NCBI GenBank assembly: GCA_963822965.1
Contig: CAWGJT010000015.1
Coordinates: forward strand, 64,001 to 128,000
Length of the DNA stretch: 64,000 bases
Source of the DNA: an uncultured delta proteobacterium
Lineage (GTDB): Bacteria > Myxococcota_A > UBA9160 > UBA4427
Direction: 5' to 3'
Made by a program: the position numbers and the translations under genes. Below, piece after piece: positions 1 through 9,714 of this stretch. Positions within the stretch are counted from its first letter, which is position 1, and the number at the start of each line of letters is the position of its first letter. Under the pieces are notes generated by a model. It was not told the origin of the DNA, did not search any database, and saw only the letters and a program-made list of their open reading frames with translations.

Positions 1-328
1 CGAGGTCGTCGGACTCCATGTCGCGCGCCCAGCGCTGCCCCCACAGCGCGAGGTCCATCAGGATGGGCTCGAGCTCCTTGCCGGCCGGCGTGATGCGATA
101 CTCGACGCCCGAGGCGCTCCTCTCGCTGCGCTCGACGAGGCCGGCGTCTTCCAGGGCCCGCAGCCGCGCGGTGAGGGTCGAGGGCGAGATCTTCGGCAGC
201 GCGCGCTGCAGGTCGTTGAAGCGCGTCACGCCCTCGATCACCTGCATCACCACGAGCATGGTCCAGCGCTCGCCGAGCAGCTCGGTGGCGAGCGAGAGCG
301 GGCAGTATTGTCCGTAGCGGCTGGCCAC
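1..328 (-). CDS. HxlR-family winged-helix transcriptional regulator (3' end runs off the window)
   Basis: Manual translation from GTG at 328 (GGAG upstream): MASRYGQYCPLSLATELLGERWTMLVV...RFNDLQRALPKISPSTLTARLRALEDAGLV...EYRITPAGKELEPILMDLALWGQRW. Not in ORF track because there is no stop in the window. Confidence 0.9.
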   Translation of the reverse strand, partial: MASRYGQYCPLSLATELLGERWTMLVVMQVIEGVTRFNDLQRALPKISPSTLTARLRALEDAGLVERSERSASGVEYRITPAGKELEPILMDLALWGQRWARDMESDDL

Positions 329-362
329 CGCTCCAGTGTCCCCGCCGCCCGGCGAGCACGCA

Positions 363-379
363 ACTACGAAGATCGTAGT
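363..379. promoter_or_regulatory. Palindromic operator candidate ACTACGA-N3-TCGTAGT
   Basis: Perfect 7-bp inverted repeat between the divergent HxlR gene and the monooxygenase. Confidence 0.6.
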
Positions 380-437
380 GGCCCGCCGAGCCGTCCCGAC
401 CTACAACCGGGTGGAGCCCGCACCGGAGGAGCTGACC

Positions 438-1574
438 ATGCAATCGACCCTGGCCCGGGCCGCTGCGGCGATGGGGCCTCTCGTCTGGAAGCATCGCGCC
501 GACACCGAGGCGGAACGCCGGCTCGCGCCGGCGATCGTCGACGCGCTCATCGACTCGGAACTGTGTCGCATGGGTCTGCCTCCCGAGCAGGCGGGCCCGG
601 ACGCCCACCCGGTGGACTGGCTCGCCGCCCTCGAGACCCTCGCGAGCTTCGAGGCCTCGGTGCCCTGGATCGCCTGGAACAACGCGCTGGCCGGGATGCT
701 GGCCCGCTTCCTCGGCGACGACGCGCGGGCGGAGATCTTCCGCAATCCGCGCTGGCTCTACGCCCAGTCCACGCGTCCGAGCGGCACCGCCGTGCCCGAG
801 GGAGACGGCTTCCGGGTCTCGGGTCGCTGGTCGCTGGTCTCGGGCTGCGAGCTGGCCGACTGGCTGCTGCTCCTGTGCACCGTCCCAGGCGAAGACACGA
901 CCCCCGGCGAAGACGCGACCCGCTTCTGCTTCGTGCCCCGGGAGGCGGTGGAGATCCTGGACACCTGGCACGTGGGCGGGCTGCGCGGAACCGGGAGCCA
1001 CGACGTCGTGGTGCGCGACTGCGTCGTGCCCCGCACGCGGTCCCTCGTCCCGAGCGACGCCTCGACCGCTCCGGGGGCCATCGGCCGGGTCCCCATCTTC
1101 TGCCTGGTGGGGGCGGGGTTCGCGGCGCAGACCCTGGGCGTCGCCCGCGCCACCCTCGACGCCGTCATGGAGACGACGGCCGGTCGGATCGTGCCGGTCC
1201 CCGGGCCGGAGCTGCGACCTCTTCTGGCGGATCTGGCGCGATGCCGGGTGGCGCTCCAGGCCGGAGGAGCGCGGCTGCACGCGGCCACGGCGCGGATCTG
1301 GGAGCTTGCGGGAGCAGGCGAGGACCCGACGCCGGTGGAGATCGCGGACCTCCACGCTGCGGGGCACCACGCCAGCGAGCACGCGCGCCGCACCGTGGAC
1401 GCCATGTACGCGGCAGCGGGAACCCGCGCGCTCTACACGGATTCGCCCCTCGAACGCGCCCACCGCGACCTCCACGCGATGCTCCGGCACATCGTGGCGC
1501 AGCCCGTCTGGCTCGAAGACGCGGGGCGCGTGCTGGTGGGGCTCGCGCCGGAGAGTCCCCTCTTCCTGCTGTAG
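438..1574 (+). CDS. Acyl-CoA dehydrogenase-fold flavin-dependent monooxygenase (HsaA/IacA-like oxygenase component)
   Basis: GGAGGA then ATG at 438; motifs GRWSLVSGC, DTWHVGGLRGTGSHD, LERAHRDLHAMLRH. Confidence 0.85.
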   Translation: MQSTLARAAAAMGPLVWKHRADTEAERRLAPAIVDALIDSELCRMGLPPEQAGPDAHPVDWLAALETLASFEASVPWIAWNNALAGMLARFLGDDARAEIFRNPRWLYAQSTRPSGTAVPEGDGFRVSGRWSLVSGCELADWLLLLCTVPGEDTTPGEDATRFCFVPREAVEILDTWHVGGLRGTGSHDVVVRDCVVPRTRSLVPSDASTAPGAIGRVPIFCLVGAGFAAQTLGVARATLDAVMETTAGRIVPVPGPELRPLLADLARCRVALQAGGARLHAATARIWELAGAGEDPTPVEIADLHAAGHHASEHARRTVDAMYAAAGTRALYTDSPLERAHRDLHAMLRHIVAQPVWLEDAGRVLVGLAPESPLFLL

Positions 1575-1736
1575 CGGGGCTCACCGCCTTCGGGGACGTC
1601 GACGGCGAGGGCTTCGCGCCGGCGCACCCGGCATCCTGCGACCCGAACGGGCCGCGGGGTGCTCCAACAAACAACGCTTTCCCGTGGATCGGCATCGCCC
1701 GGCGTGTGAAAATAACGTTCCGGGAAGACGCCGATC

Positions 1737-3281
1737 GTGAAGCTCCGACCCTCTTGGTGCGCCGCCCTCGTAGTCGCCTCCGGGCTGCTCTACGCCGCGC
1801 TGTTGCCTCCGTTCGCGCAGTCGTGGCTCGCCTGGGTCGCGCTCGCGCCCCTGCTGGTGGTGCTGGCCTCCACGTCTCCGTGGCGCGGGTTCGGCTACGG
1901 GCTGCTGTGGGCACTGACGGCGACCGTGGCCGTGGCCTGGTGGTTTCCGGCGATGCTGGAGCGCTACTTCGACCTGCCCGCCGGGCTGGCCTGGGCAGGG
2001 CTCCTCGGTCTGGGCCTGCTGGTGGACGGGCTGCCCTACGCGGGCTTCGGCATGTGGATGGGCTGGGCGGCCCGGCGTGGCCGCCTCGGTCCGCTGAGCG
2101 TCGCGTGCGCCTGGACCGTCGCGGAGTGGATCCGGGCGAATGGAATCGTCGCCAACCCCTTCGCCCAGCTGGCGTACTCCCAGTACGGGACCCCCATTGC
2201 ACAGACGGCGGATCTCGCGGGGCCCTATGGCGTGGGCCTGCTGATCGTGGCGGGCAACGCCGCGCTCGCCGGGCTCGTGCTGCCGGCGCTCGGCGGCCCC
2301 CGCCCGCTGCGCCGCGCGGCCGGCGTGGCCTGCGCGGTCGCGCTGGCGCTCGCCTACGCAGATGTGCGCCTGCAGCAGGACTTCGGTCACGGCGAGACGC
2401 TTCGGGTCGCCCTCGTGCAGGGCGCCGTGGCGCGCGAGCTCGAGTGGGACCGCGCCTCGCGCGACCGGAACCTCGACCGCTATCTCGAGCTCACCCGGGA
2501 ATCCGCCGCCTACGCACCGGACGTCGTCTTCTGGCCGGAGTTCGCCGTCGACTTCTATCTCAGCGAGCCCACGGTGCAGCGGGCCCGGCTGCTGGACGGC
2601 GTGCGGAACGTGGGCGCGGACCTGGTGCTGGGCGGCTCGTCCTATCGCTTCCGCTCCGCGCCCGACGGGAGCCCCGCCGGCACCGACTACCTGAACTCGG
2701 TCTTCGTGGTGGACGCCCGGGGACGTCTGCGGACCGATCGCTACGACAAGCGCCGCCTCGTTCCCTTCGCCGAGTACGGCCCGCTCGGCGAAGGCCTGCG
2801 CGCGAAGACCGCCGTCTACGTGCCGGGCGGGGAGCCGGCGCTGCTGCGTGCCCACGGCCTGCCGCTGGGCGCGTTCATCTGCGGCGAGGCCCTGTATCCC
2901 GAGATCGCGCGCGGGCTCGCGAACGCCGGCGCACAGATCCTCACGAACCCGTCGAACGACTACTGGTTCGGCCACCCTCAGGCGGCGGCCCACCAGCTGC
3001 AGGTGGCGTCCTTTCGAGCCATCGAGAACCGACGCTACCTGGTGCGCCCCACCTCCACGGGCATCAGCGCGGTGGTCGATCCGCACGGTCGCGCCCTGAC
3101 CCGCAGCCGCGGCCAGGGCCCGGAGGTGCTGCACGCCGAGCTGCGTCCCTCCTCGGCGGTCACGCCCTACCAGCGCATCGGCGACCTGCCCGTCGTGGCG
3201 GCGGCGGGCGTCGTCGCCGCCAGCCTGTGGCGCGGACGCCGGCGACATCCCTCTGGAACCTCACCAGGAGACAAGTCATGA
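1737..3281 (+). CDS. lnt: Apolipoprotein N-acyltransferase
   Basis: N-terminal TM helices plus nitrilase domain with E-K-C triad (FWPEFA, YDKRRLVPFAEY, FICGE), SNDYWFG, RAIENRR. Confidence 0.9.
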   Translation: MKLRPSWCAALVVASGLLYAALLPPFAQSWLAWVALAPLLVVLASTSPWRGFGYGLLWALTATVAVAWWFPAMLERYFDLPAGLAWAGLLGLGLLVDGLPYAGFGMWMGWAARRGRLGPLSVACAWTVAEWIRANGIVANPFAQLAYSQYGTPIAQTADLAGPYGVGLLIVAGNAALAGLVLPALGGPRPLRRAAGVACAVALALAYADVRLQQDFGHGETLRVALVQGAVARELEWDRASRDRNLDRYLELTRESAAYAPDVVFWPEFAVDFYLSEPTVQRARLLDGVRNVGADLVLGGSSYRFRSAPDGSPAGTDYLNSVFVVDARGRLRTDRYDKRRLVPFAEYGPLGEGLRAKTAVYVPGGEPALLRAHGLPLGAFICGEALYPEIARGLANAGAQILTNPSNDYWFGHPQAAAHQLQVASFRAIENRRYLVRPTSTGISAVVDPHGRALTRSRGQGPEVLHAELRPSSAVTPYQRIGDLPVVAAAGVVAASLWRGRRRHPSGTSPGDKS

Positions 3282-4093
3282 CCCGACCCAATCGAGGCGC
3301 CCTCGTGGCGGCCCTGGCCGTGCTCGTCGCGTGGCCGGCCGCGGCCTTCAACCCCGGTACGGACAGCCGCGCCGAAGCGACGGCGACGACGGCCGGGACG
3401 ACGACCGTCTGCGAGAACGGAAGCAACGACGGCAGCGTCTGCGCCGATTCCGTCGACTGCACCGGCGGCGGCACCTGCACGAACGTCGCCGACGTCAGCG
3501 TGGTGGCCCGCGGCTTCCTCACCCTCGTCACCGACACCCAGCCCCCGAACCAGGGCTGGGCCGACACGAGCTACCCCAGCCCGTGCAGCGAACCTTCGGC
3601 GAGCACGCCGTCGGACTGCGAGCAGAAGGACAACAGCCTTCTCACCCTGGTGCTCGAGTTCACCTTGAACGGCAAGCAGTATCTCTTTGCCGAGAGCTTC
3701 AAGCAGCTGCCGGACGGCGGGAGCTGCTCGTTCCCGCCGTGCGACTTCACGATCCCCAACTGGTCGATCGGCGGCGGGAGCCAGGCGGGCTGGAGCCAGC
3801 CCGCGGTGGAGAGCATCCTGGCGGAGACGGCCGCGGATTTCGCCAACGACGTGGTCCGCATCCGCTGGGGAGGCCTGCCGCCGGCGGTGGAGAACGCCGT
3901 GGGTGCGGTGGTGGGCAAGTCGTCGAGCCAACGCATCGCGCTGTCACGCACCGACGAGGTGCCGATCTGCACCGACGCCGTGCCCTGCCATCACGGGCCC
4001 CGCAACGACCGCTTCTCGGACCACTCGAGCGGAACCGACGTGCTGGCCACCGTGCGGCGCTACAAGGTCGACGTCGCGGTCGTCGGTCCCTGA
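3278..4093 (+). CDS. Secreted Cys-rich hypothetical protein
   Basis: AGGAG then ATG overlapping the lnt stop (ATGA); signal peptide ending WPAAA; CENGSNDGSVCADSVDCTGGGTC motif. Confidence 0.8.
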   Translation: MTRPNRGALVAALAVLVAWPAAAFNPGTDSRAEATATTAGTTTVCENGSNDGSVCADSVDCTGGGTCTNVADVSVVARGFLTLVTDTQPPNQGWADTSYPSPCSEPSASTPSDCEQKDNSLLTLVLEFTLNGKQYLFAESFKQLPDGGSCSFPPCDFTIPNWSIGGGSQAGWSQPAVESILAETAADFANDVVRIRWGGLPPAVENAVGAVVGKSSSQRIALSRTDEVPICTDAVPCHHGPRNDRFSDHSSGTDVLATVRRYKVDVAVVGP

Positions 4094-4106
4094 GGCTCGC
4101 GCTCCC

Positions 4107-6473
4107 GTGAACGGCAGCCGTAAGCTCGACGCGATCCTGCTCGCCACGCTCAGCGGCGTGTGGTGCGTGTGCTTCCTGCTGCATCTGAATCAGCTGGCGC
4201 GAGGCGGTCTCGCCTGGGTCCCGATCTACGTGGACGCCGCGCCGGCCCCCGACGCCTACCCGACCGTCCGCGACTTCTGGCCCGGGACGAAGTCCCTGTC
4301 GCCCGGTCTGCGAAGGGGAGACCGGCTCGCGTCGGCCGGAGGTCGGGATCTCGCGGGAGCGCAGCGCCTCGACGTGATCGACGCCCTCTACGCCGCGCCG
4401 CCCCGCGAGCCCATCGGCCTGGTCGCGATCCGCGACGGCGAGCGCTTCGACACCCCGCTGATGCTCCAGTCGATCCCGTCCGCGTGGCGAAAGACCCTGG
4501 TGGCGCTGGGGTTCGCGGCCCTGGGCACCCTGGGGTTCTGGCGGGCGCGCGGAACCGCGACCGGACGCGCCTACTACCTGGCCATGATGGCCTACGCGTT
4601 CCACTGGACGGACTTCTGGGGCGGCGCGCCGGCGGTGACGAACGGCGCCATCGCCGTCTTCGGCGTCTCGACCGCGCTGACGGCGCCGCTCGCCCTGCGC
4701 GCCTTCCAGCTGTTTCCCGAGGAGTCGTCGCGACGGGGCGGCCCGGCGCGGGGGTGGCCCTGGATCTTCCTCGGGCTCGGCCCGGTCTTCACGAGCTGGG
4801 CGTTCGGCCTGCCGGTGCCGCTCCCGCACGCCAGCACCCTGGCCGTCGGGCTCGAAGCCGTCTACCTCGTGACCCTCGTCGCGCTCGTGACCGCCAACTA
4901 CCGACGCTGCGGCCCGCGCGGCCGGCGCCAGCTCAAGTGGGTGGTGCTGGGCTTCTGGGTCGGGCTCGTCCCGGTCTTCCTCACCTCGCTGCTGACGCTC
5001 GTCGCGCCGGAGCTGTGGTGGCTCTACGAGGCTTCGCTGGTGCTGTCGCTGGCGATCCCGATCTGCCTCTTCGTGGCCCTCGTCCGCTTCAACCTGTTCG
5101 ACGTGGACCGGCTGATGACCGCGGTGGCGACCTACTCGGTGATCGGAACCCTGGCCCTGGCGGGCGTGCTGCTGGTGGCGCCGCGGGCGTCCGCCGCCGC
5201 CGCCGACTGGATCGAGCCGCAGGTGAGCCAGCCCGTGCTGGCCGTCGCCCTTGCCGGCCTGGTGCTGCTGGGGCTGCGGCGGACCGACTCCCTGCTGCAG
5301 ACGCGTCTCTACCCCGAGCGGCGGGCCCTGGAGGAGGAGGCGGGCCGGCTGCGGCGCGATCTCTCGGACTGCGAGAAGCCCGCCGACCTGCTGACGGCGC
5401 TGGGCATCCGCCTGCGCGCGCTCCTGCGCCTCGAGACGGTGGCGATCTACGCGCGCAGCGACGCCGTCTTCGCGCCGGTCTTCGCCCGCGGCCCGGGCGT
5501 GATCCCCTTCTTCGAGCCGCACGGACCGCTGACCGCGCAGCTCGCAGCCTCCCGTGATCCGCTGGACCCGGTCCGCCTGCGCGGAGACGAGCTCGCGCGC
5601 GCCGACCGGGTGGCGCTCGACTCGATGGGCGTCGAGCTCGTGGTCCCCATCTCCGTCCGCGGCGAGCTGGCGGCGTTCGTGTGCCTGGGCGGCAAGGGAT
5701 CGGGCGACGTCTTCACGGCCTCGGACATCGCCCTCCTGCTGGGCCTGGCGGACAAGGCGGCCGACGAGCTCCGGCGCTTCGAGCAGGCCGAAATCGAGCG
5801 GCAGAACCGCCAGCTCGGGCAGGCCCTGCGGCGCTTCGTGCCCGGGGCCGTCGCCCGGGAGCTCGAAGAGGGCTTCCGCCTGGACCCGGGCGAGCGCGAG
5901 GTCTCGATCCTGTTCGTGGACATCCGCGGCTACACGCCCTTCTCCGAGGGCCAGCGCCCGGACACGATCTTCGCGGCGGTCAGCCAGTACACGGACCTGG
6001 TCTCGCGCGTGGTCGCCGAGCACGGGGGCTCGGTGGTCGAGTTCCACGGCGACGGGCTGATGGCGGTGTTCGGCGCGCCGCGGCCCCTGGACGAGAAGGA
6101 GCCCTGCGCGGTGCGGGCGGCGCTCGAGATCTCGCGCGCCATTCCGGAGCTCGACGTGCGCGGCGCCGACGGCAGGCTCCACCGCCTGGACGTGGGTGTG
6201 GGGATCGCGACCGGCTCCGCCTACGTGGGCCCGCTCAAGACCGCCGACCGGGCCATCTGGGTCGCCCTCGGAAACACGACGAACCTCGCGGCGCGCCTCG
6301 AAGGCACCACCCGGGATCTCGACGTATCCGTGGTCATCGACGTGCCGACCCATCGCGCCGCGGGCGCGGAAGCCCGCGACTTCGTCTCCCACCCGGCTCT
6401 ACGGGTGAAGGGGCGCAGCGCTCCCATCGACGTCTTCACCTGGTCTCGCAACGCGCAGGAGATCCGATCATGA
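4107..6473 (+). CDS. Membrane-bound class III adenylate/guanylate cyclase with PDZ-like, multi-TM and GAF-like regions
   Basis: GLRRGDRL (PDZ-like); many TM segments; VSILFVDIRGYT, EFHGDGLMAVFGAP, VGIATG, GNTTNLAARLE, VKGRS. Confidence 0.88.
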   Translation: MNGSRKLDAILLATLSGVWCVCFLLHLNQLARGGLAWVPIYVDAAPAPDAYPTVRDFWPGTKSLSPGLRRGDRLASAGGRDLAGAQRLDVIDALYAAPPREPIGLVAIRDGERFDTPLMLQSIPSAWRKTLVALGFAALGTLGFWRARGTATGRAYYLAMMAYAFHWTDFWGGAPAVTNGAIAVFGVSTALTAPLALRAFQLFPEESSRRGGPARGWPWIFLGLGPVFTSWAFGLPVPLPHASTLAVGLEAVYLVTLVALVTANYRRCGPRGRRQLKWVVLGFWVGLVPVFLTSLLTLVAPELWWLYEASLVLSLAIPICLFVALVRFNLFDVDRLMTAVATYSVIGTLALAGVLLVAPRASAAAADWIEPQVSQPVLAVALAGLVLLGLRRTDSLLQTRLYPERRALEEEAGRLRRDLSDCEKPADLLTALGIRLRALLRLETVAIYARSDAVFAPVFARGPGVIPFFEPHGPLTAQLAASRDPLDPVRLRGDELARADRVALDSMGVELVVPISVRGELAAFVCLGGKGSGDVFTASDIALLLGLADKAADELRRFEQAEIERQNRQLGQALRRFVPGAVARELEEGFRLDPGEREVSILFVDIRGYTPFSEGQRPDTIFAAVSQYTDLVSRVVAEHGGSVVEFHGDGLMAVFGAPRPLDEKEPCAVRAALEISRAIPELDVRGADGRLHRLDVGVGIATGSAYVGPLKTADRAIWVALGNTTNLAARLEGTTRDLDVSVVIDVPTHRAAGAEARDFVSHPALRVKGRSAPIDVFTWSRNAQEIRS

Positions 6474-8224
6474 CCCGAAGCCTCCTACGTCTGGCAGCTG
6501 CCCTGCTCGCCTCCCTCGCGGCCGTGACGGCGCCGGCGATCTGCCGCGCGGAGTTCACCGAATCCGAGGACAGCCCGTTCCTCGACCCGGACGGCTCGCA
6601 GGACGACCCGCTCGGCAACGCGGCACCGGTTCCCTGGGACGGCGCCGGCTTCGCCGCGTCGTTTCCGTCGGGCGCGAAGCTCGTCCGCGGCTCGCTCGAT
6701 GCGGGCGACGTGGACGCCTATGCGTTCTCCCTCGACGCCGGCCAGCTCGTTCTGGCGGCCCTCTTCGAGGACGCCGCCGGCGAGCGGAACGACACGAGCC
6801 TGGGACTCTTCACGGGCGGCGTCGTGCCGCCCCTCGCCAGCGACGACGACGGCGGCAGCGGGTTCCTGTCGCGCTTCGCCTTCCAGACGGGGAGCGCGGG
6901 CGTGTACCAGATCGGCGTGACGGGCTTCGGCGACGACGCCTGGAACGGAAGCCACGCCGAGGCGCGGAGCGGGCTGGTGCCGTACCGGCTCGTGGTGGCC
7001 GCCACCAGCGACCCGCCGCCGCTCGCCGAGACCGAGGGCAACGACTCGCTCTACAGCGCGAACGCCCTGCCCCCGGGCGGCGGGGTCCTGGGCGCGGTGC
7101 TGGCGGCCGGGGACGTCGACTACTTCAAGCTGGCGCTCGAGGCAGGCGACCGCCTGGCGGTCTCGGTCTTCGACCTCGCGAACGGCAGCTTCCAGTCGGC
7201 CGGCGGCGAGCGCAACGATGCCATCGTCGGGGTCTTCGATCCGGGGGGAGCCCTCGCCACGGGCGGAACGAACGACGACGGCGGCCCCGGGCTGATGAGC
7301 AACCTCCTCTTCACCGCGACCGCCGACGGCACCTGGACGATCGCCGTGAGCGGCTTCGGAGACGAGACCTTCGTGGGCGACCACGCCGAAGCCGGCTTCC
7401 CCTACCTGCTCGTGGTGGCGCGGGAGCGCGCCTGCCCCCACGTGGCGTCGCTCATCTCCGGCGTGGTCGCCTCCACGGCGAACGCCTACGAGACGGCGGA
7501 GCTGCGGGAAGGCGACCACTACTACACGGACCGCACGGACGCCGGGCGGCACGTGCTCGTGGACGTTCCGCCGCCCTACCGCTGCTCCCAGTGGATCAAG
7601 ACCGCCAACAACGACAAGAACGTGACCGACCCGAGCCATCTCTCGTTCTCGCTCACCGAGGACGCGTCGGTATTCATCGGCTACGACACCCGAGCCACCG
7701 GCGAGCCCGTCTGGCTCTCTTCCACCTTCACGCCCACCGGACGCGTCCTCGACATCACCGACCCGGACCCGAGCCAGGAGTTCGACGTGCTGCGCCGGGA
7801 CTTCGCGGCAGGCACGGTGGTGCTCGGCGGCAACGACGCCCCGGGTGCGGGATCGAACTACGTGGTCTTCGCGCGGCCCCTGCCCGTGGGCGATCCGAGC
7901 CAGGCCTTCACCGTCCCCGGGACCGCGGGGGGCGTGACGCTCATCGTGTCCGGCGTGCAGATCCAGGTGGCGCGGTCCCTCGGCGAGACCCCCGAGCAGC
8001 TTGCCCAGGCCCTGGCGGACGCCGTGAACGCCGACCCCACCCTGGCGGCCGCCCGCATCTACGGCCTGGCGTCGGGCGCCACCTTCGTCACGACGGGCAT
8101 CATCGAGAGCAGCACCATCGCCGCCCCGCTGCCGCTGCTGCCCGTCGGCGGGGTCGTGTTGCTCGTGCTGCTGCTGGCGGCCGTCGGCTACCGCGTCTCG
8201 GGAGGAGCCGTCGCGCGCGGCTGA
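6470..8224 (+). CDS. Secreted protein with tandem PPC-like (pre-peptidase C-terminal) domains and an IPTL-CTERM-like sorting tail
   Basis: ATGA overlap with cyclase; signal peptide; two GDVDxY/F...(N/D)DD(D)GG...S repeats; C-terminus APLPLLPVGGVVLLVLLLAAVGYR. Confidence 0.8.
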   Translation: MTRSLLRLAAALLASLAAVTAPAICRAEFTESEDSPFLDPDGSQDDPLGNAAPVPWDGAGFAASFPSGAKLVRGSLDAGDVDAYAFSLDAGQLVLAALFEDAAGERNDTSLGLFTGGVVPPLASDDDGGSGFLSRFAFQTGSAGVYQIGVTGFGDDAWNGSHAEARSGLVPYRLVVAATSDPPPLAETEGNDSLYSANALPPGGGVLGAVLAAGDVDYFKLALEAGDRLAVSVFDLANGSFQSAGGERNDAIVGVFDPGGALATGGTNDDGGPGLMSNLLFTATADGTWTIAVSGFGDETFVGDHAEAGFPYLLVVARERACPHVASLISGVVASTANAYETAELREGDHYYTDRTDAGRHVLVDVPPPYRCSQWIKTANNDKNVTDPSHLSFSLTEDASVFIGYDTRATGEPVWLSSTFTPTGRVLDITDPDPSQEFDVLRRDFAAGTVVLGGNDAPGAGSNYVVFARPLPVGDPSQAFTVPGTAGGVTLIVSGVQIQVARSLGETPEQLAQALADAVNADPTLAAARIYGLASGATFVTTGIIESSTIAAPLPLLPVGGVVLLVLLLAAVGYRVSGGAVARG

Positions 8225-9436
8225 GCGTCGACGTCCGGCACGGTTTCGCCCGAGGCTTCCGGCCTCTCTTCACGAGAGGCTTCCGGCACCCCTTCGCGCG
8301 AGGCTTCCGGCACGGTTTCACGAGAGGCTTCCGGCACGGTTTCACGAGAGGCTTCCGGCACCTTCCACCGCTCGCCCACGGCCATCACGCGCACGCGGGT
8401 CGGGGTCTCCGCCGCGGCGGGCCACCACTTCGGCCAGCTCCCGCGGCGGCAGGTCGAGGGGCTCGTCGGTCAGGTCGAAGGTGCCCCAGTGCATGGGCAC
8501 CAGGGTGCGCGCGCCGAGATCGAGGAAGGCCTGGTAGGCCTGCGCCGGGTCCATGTGCTGGTAGGCCATGAACCAGCGGGGCTCGTAGGCGCCGATCGGC
8601 AGCATGGCGACGTCGATGGGCCCGAAGCGGCGGCCGAACTCGCGGAAGCCGTGGAAGTAGCCCGTATCGCCTGCGAAGTAGTAGCGGTAGTCGCCCGAGT
8701 CGACGAGCCACGAGCACCAGAGCGTCTTCCGAGCCCCCTGTCCCACCCGGCGGCTCCAGTGCTGCGAGGGCAGACAGGTGATCGTGAAGCGCCCGCGCCT
8801 GGCGCTCTGCCACCAGTCGAGCTCGGTCACGTCCTCGCGACCGCGCTCGCGGAACCAGTCCGCCAGGCCGAGGGGCACGTACCAGCCGACCGACGCAGGC
8901 AGCCCCTCGACGGTGCCTTCATCCAGGTGGTCGTAGTGGTTGTGGGAGATCACCGCGAAGGCATCCGCGGGGATCGAATCCAGCGGAATGCCCGGCGGCA
9001 CCACGCGCACCGGGATCAACGCCCGCTTCGTAAAGTGGGGATCGGTGAGGAAGACGTCGTCGCGGTCGTGGACGGCGAAGGTTGCATGGCCCACCCACGT
9101 GACCGTGGCCGAGTGCTCGGTGCCGGCCAGGTACGCGCCGTCGTTCTCGAGCACCGCAGGCCCGGCGTCGTGCCCCTTGTCGTAGGGGTTCGAGGAGAGC
9201 CGCCACTCGAGGAAGCTCCACACGGAGGACTCGAAGCGACCCCACGGATTGAAGAAGGTGCCATCTTCGCGATGGGGCGCGTAGAGGTCGGCGGCCTCCG
9301 CGGGCGCGTCGGCCCCCGGCTGCAGGCTCTCCCCTCGTGCCTGCGGGACCCCCTGCAGCGCCATGGAGGCGGTCGCGAGGGCGACGAGCAGCCGCCGTCG
9401 CCGACCGATGAACGCCTCCGGGAACGCGATCCTCAT
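8188..9436 (-). CDS. MBL-fold metallohydrolase (NAPE-PLD/RomA-like) with a frameshift near 8402-8405
   Basis: TWVGHAT, SHNHYDHLD, QHWSRR, AGDTGY, PIGAYEPRWFM, HWGTF. As sequenced it stops at 8342; removing one base from the G4 run gives DPTRVRVMAVGERWKV and a stop at 8188. Confidence 0.85.
8234..8361. repeat. 24-bp tandem repeat (5 units plus a partial); VPEASRET-like on the minus strand
   Basis: Unit consensus tccggcacggtttcacgagaggct. Confidence 0.95.
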
Positions 9437-9714
9437 GCGCGCAGGGTAGAGGGCACGACCGGAACGACAACACGAGAGCCCGACTGGGGCCTTCCCCTAC
9501 CGGTCCGACTCGGACCCGCCTGCCGGGGGGAACCCGGTCGCCCCTCGCCCGCCGCCTCCCGGTCGAGCTCGGGAACCCGAGGGTCGCGAGCGCAGTCGGG
9601 CTAGGAGCGCGACCCAAGACGAAGTCCTGGGTCGCGCTTCCGCCGCAAACGAATCCTGCGGATTCGTCAGCTAGCATGCCGGCCGGCCATCGACGGACGC
9701 AGAAGGAGCCCCCC

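Noticed and set aside
8234..8361. CRISPR array
   Set aside because: 24-bp period with only a few variable bases; reads as an in-frame coding repeat
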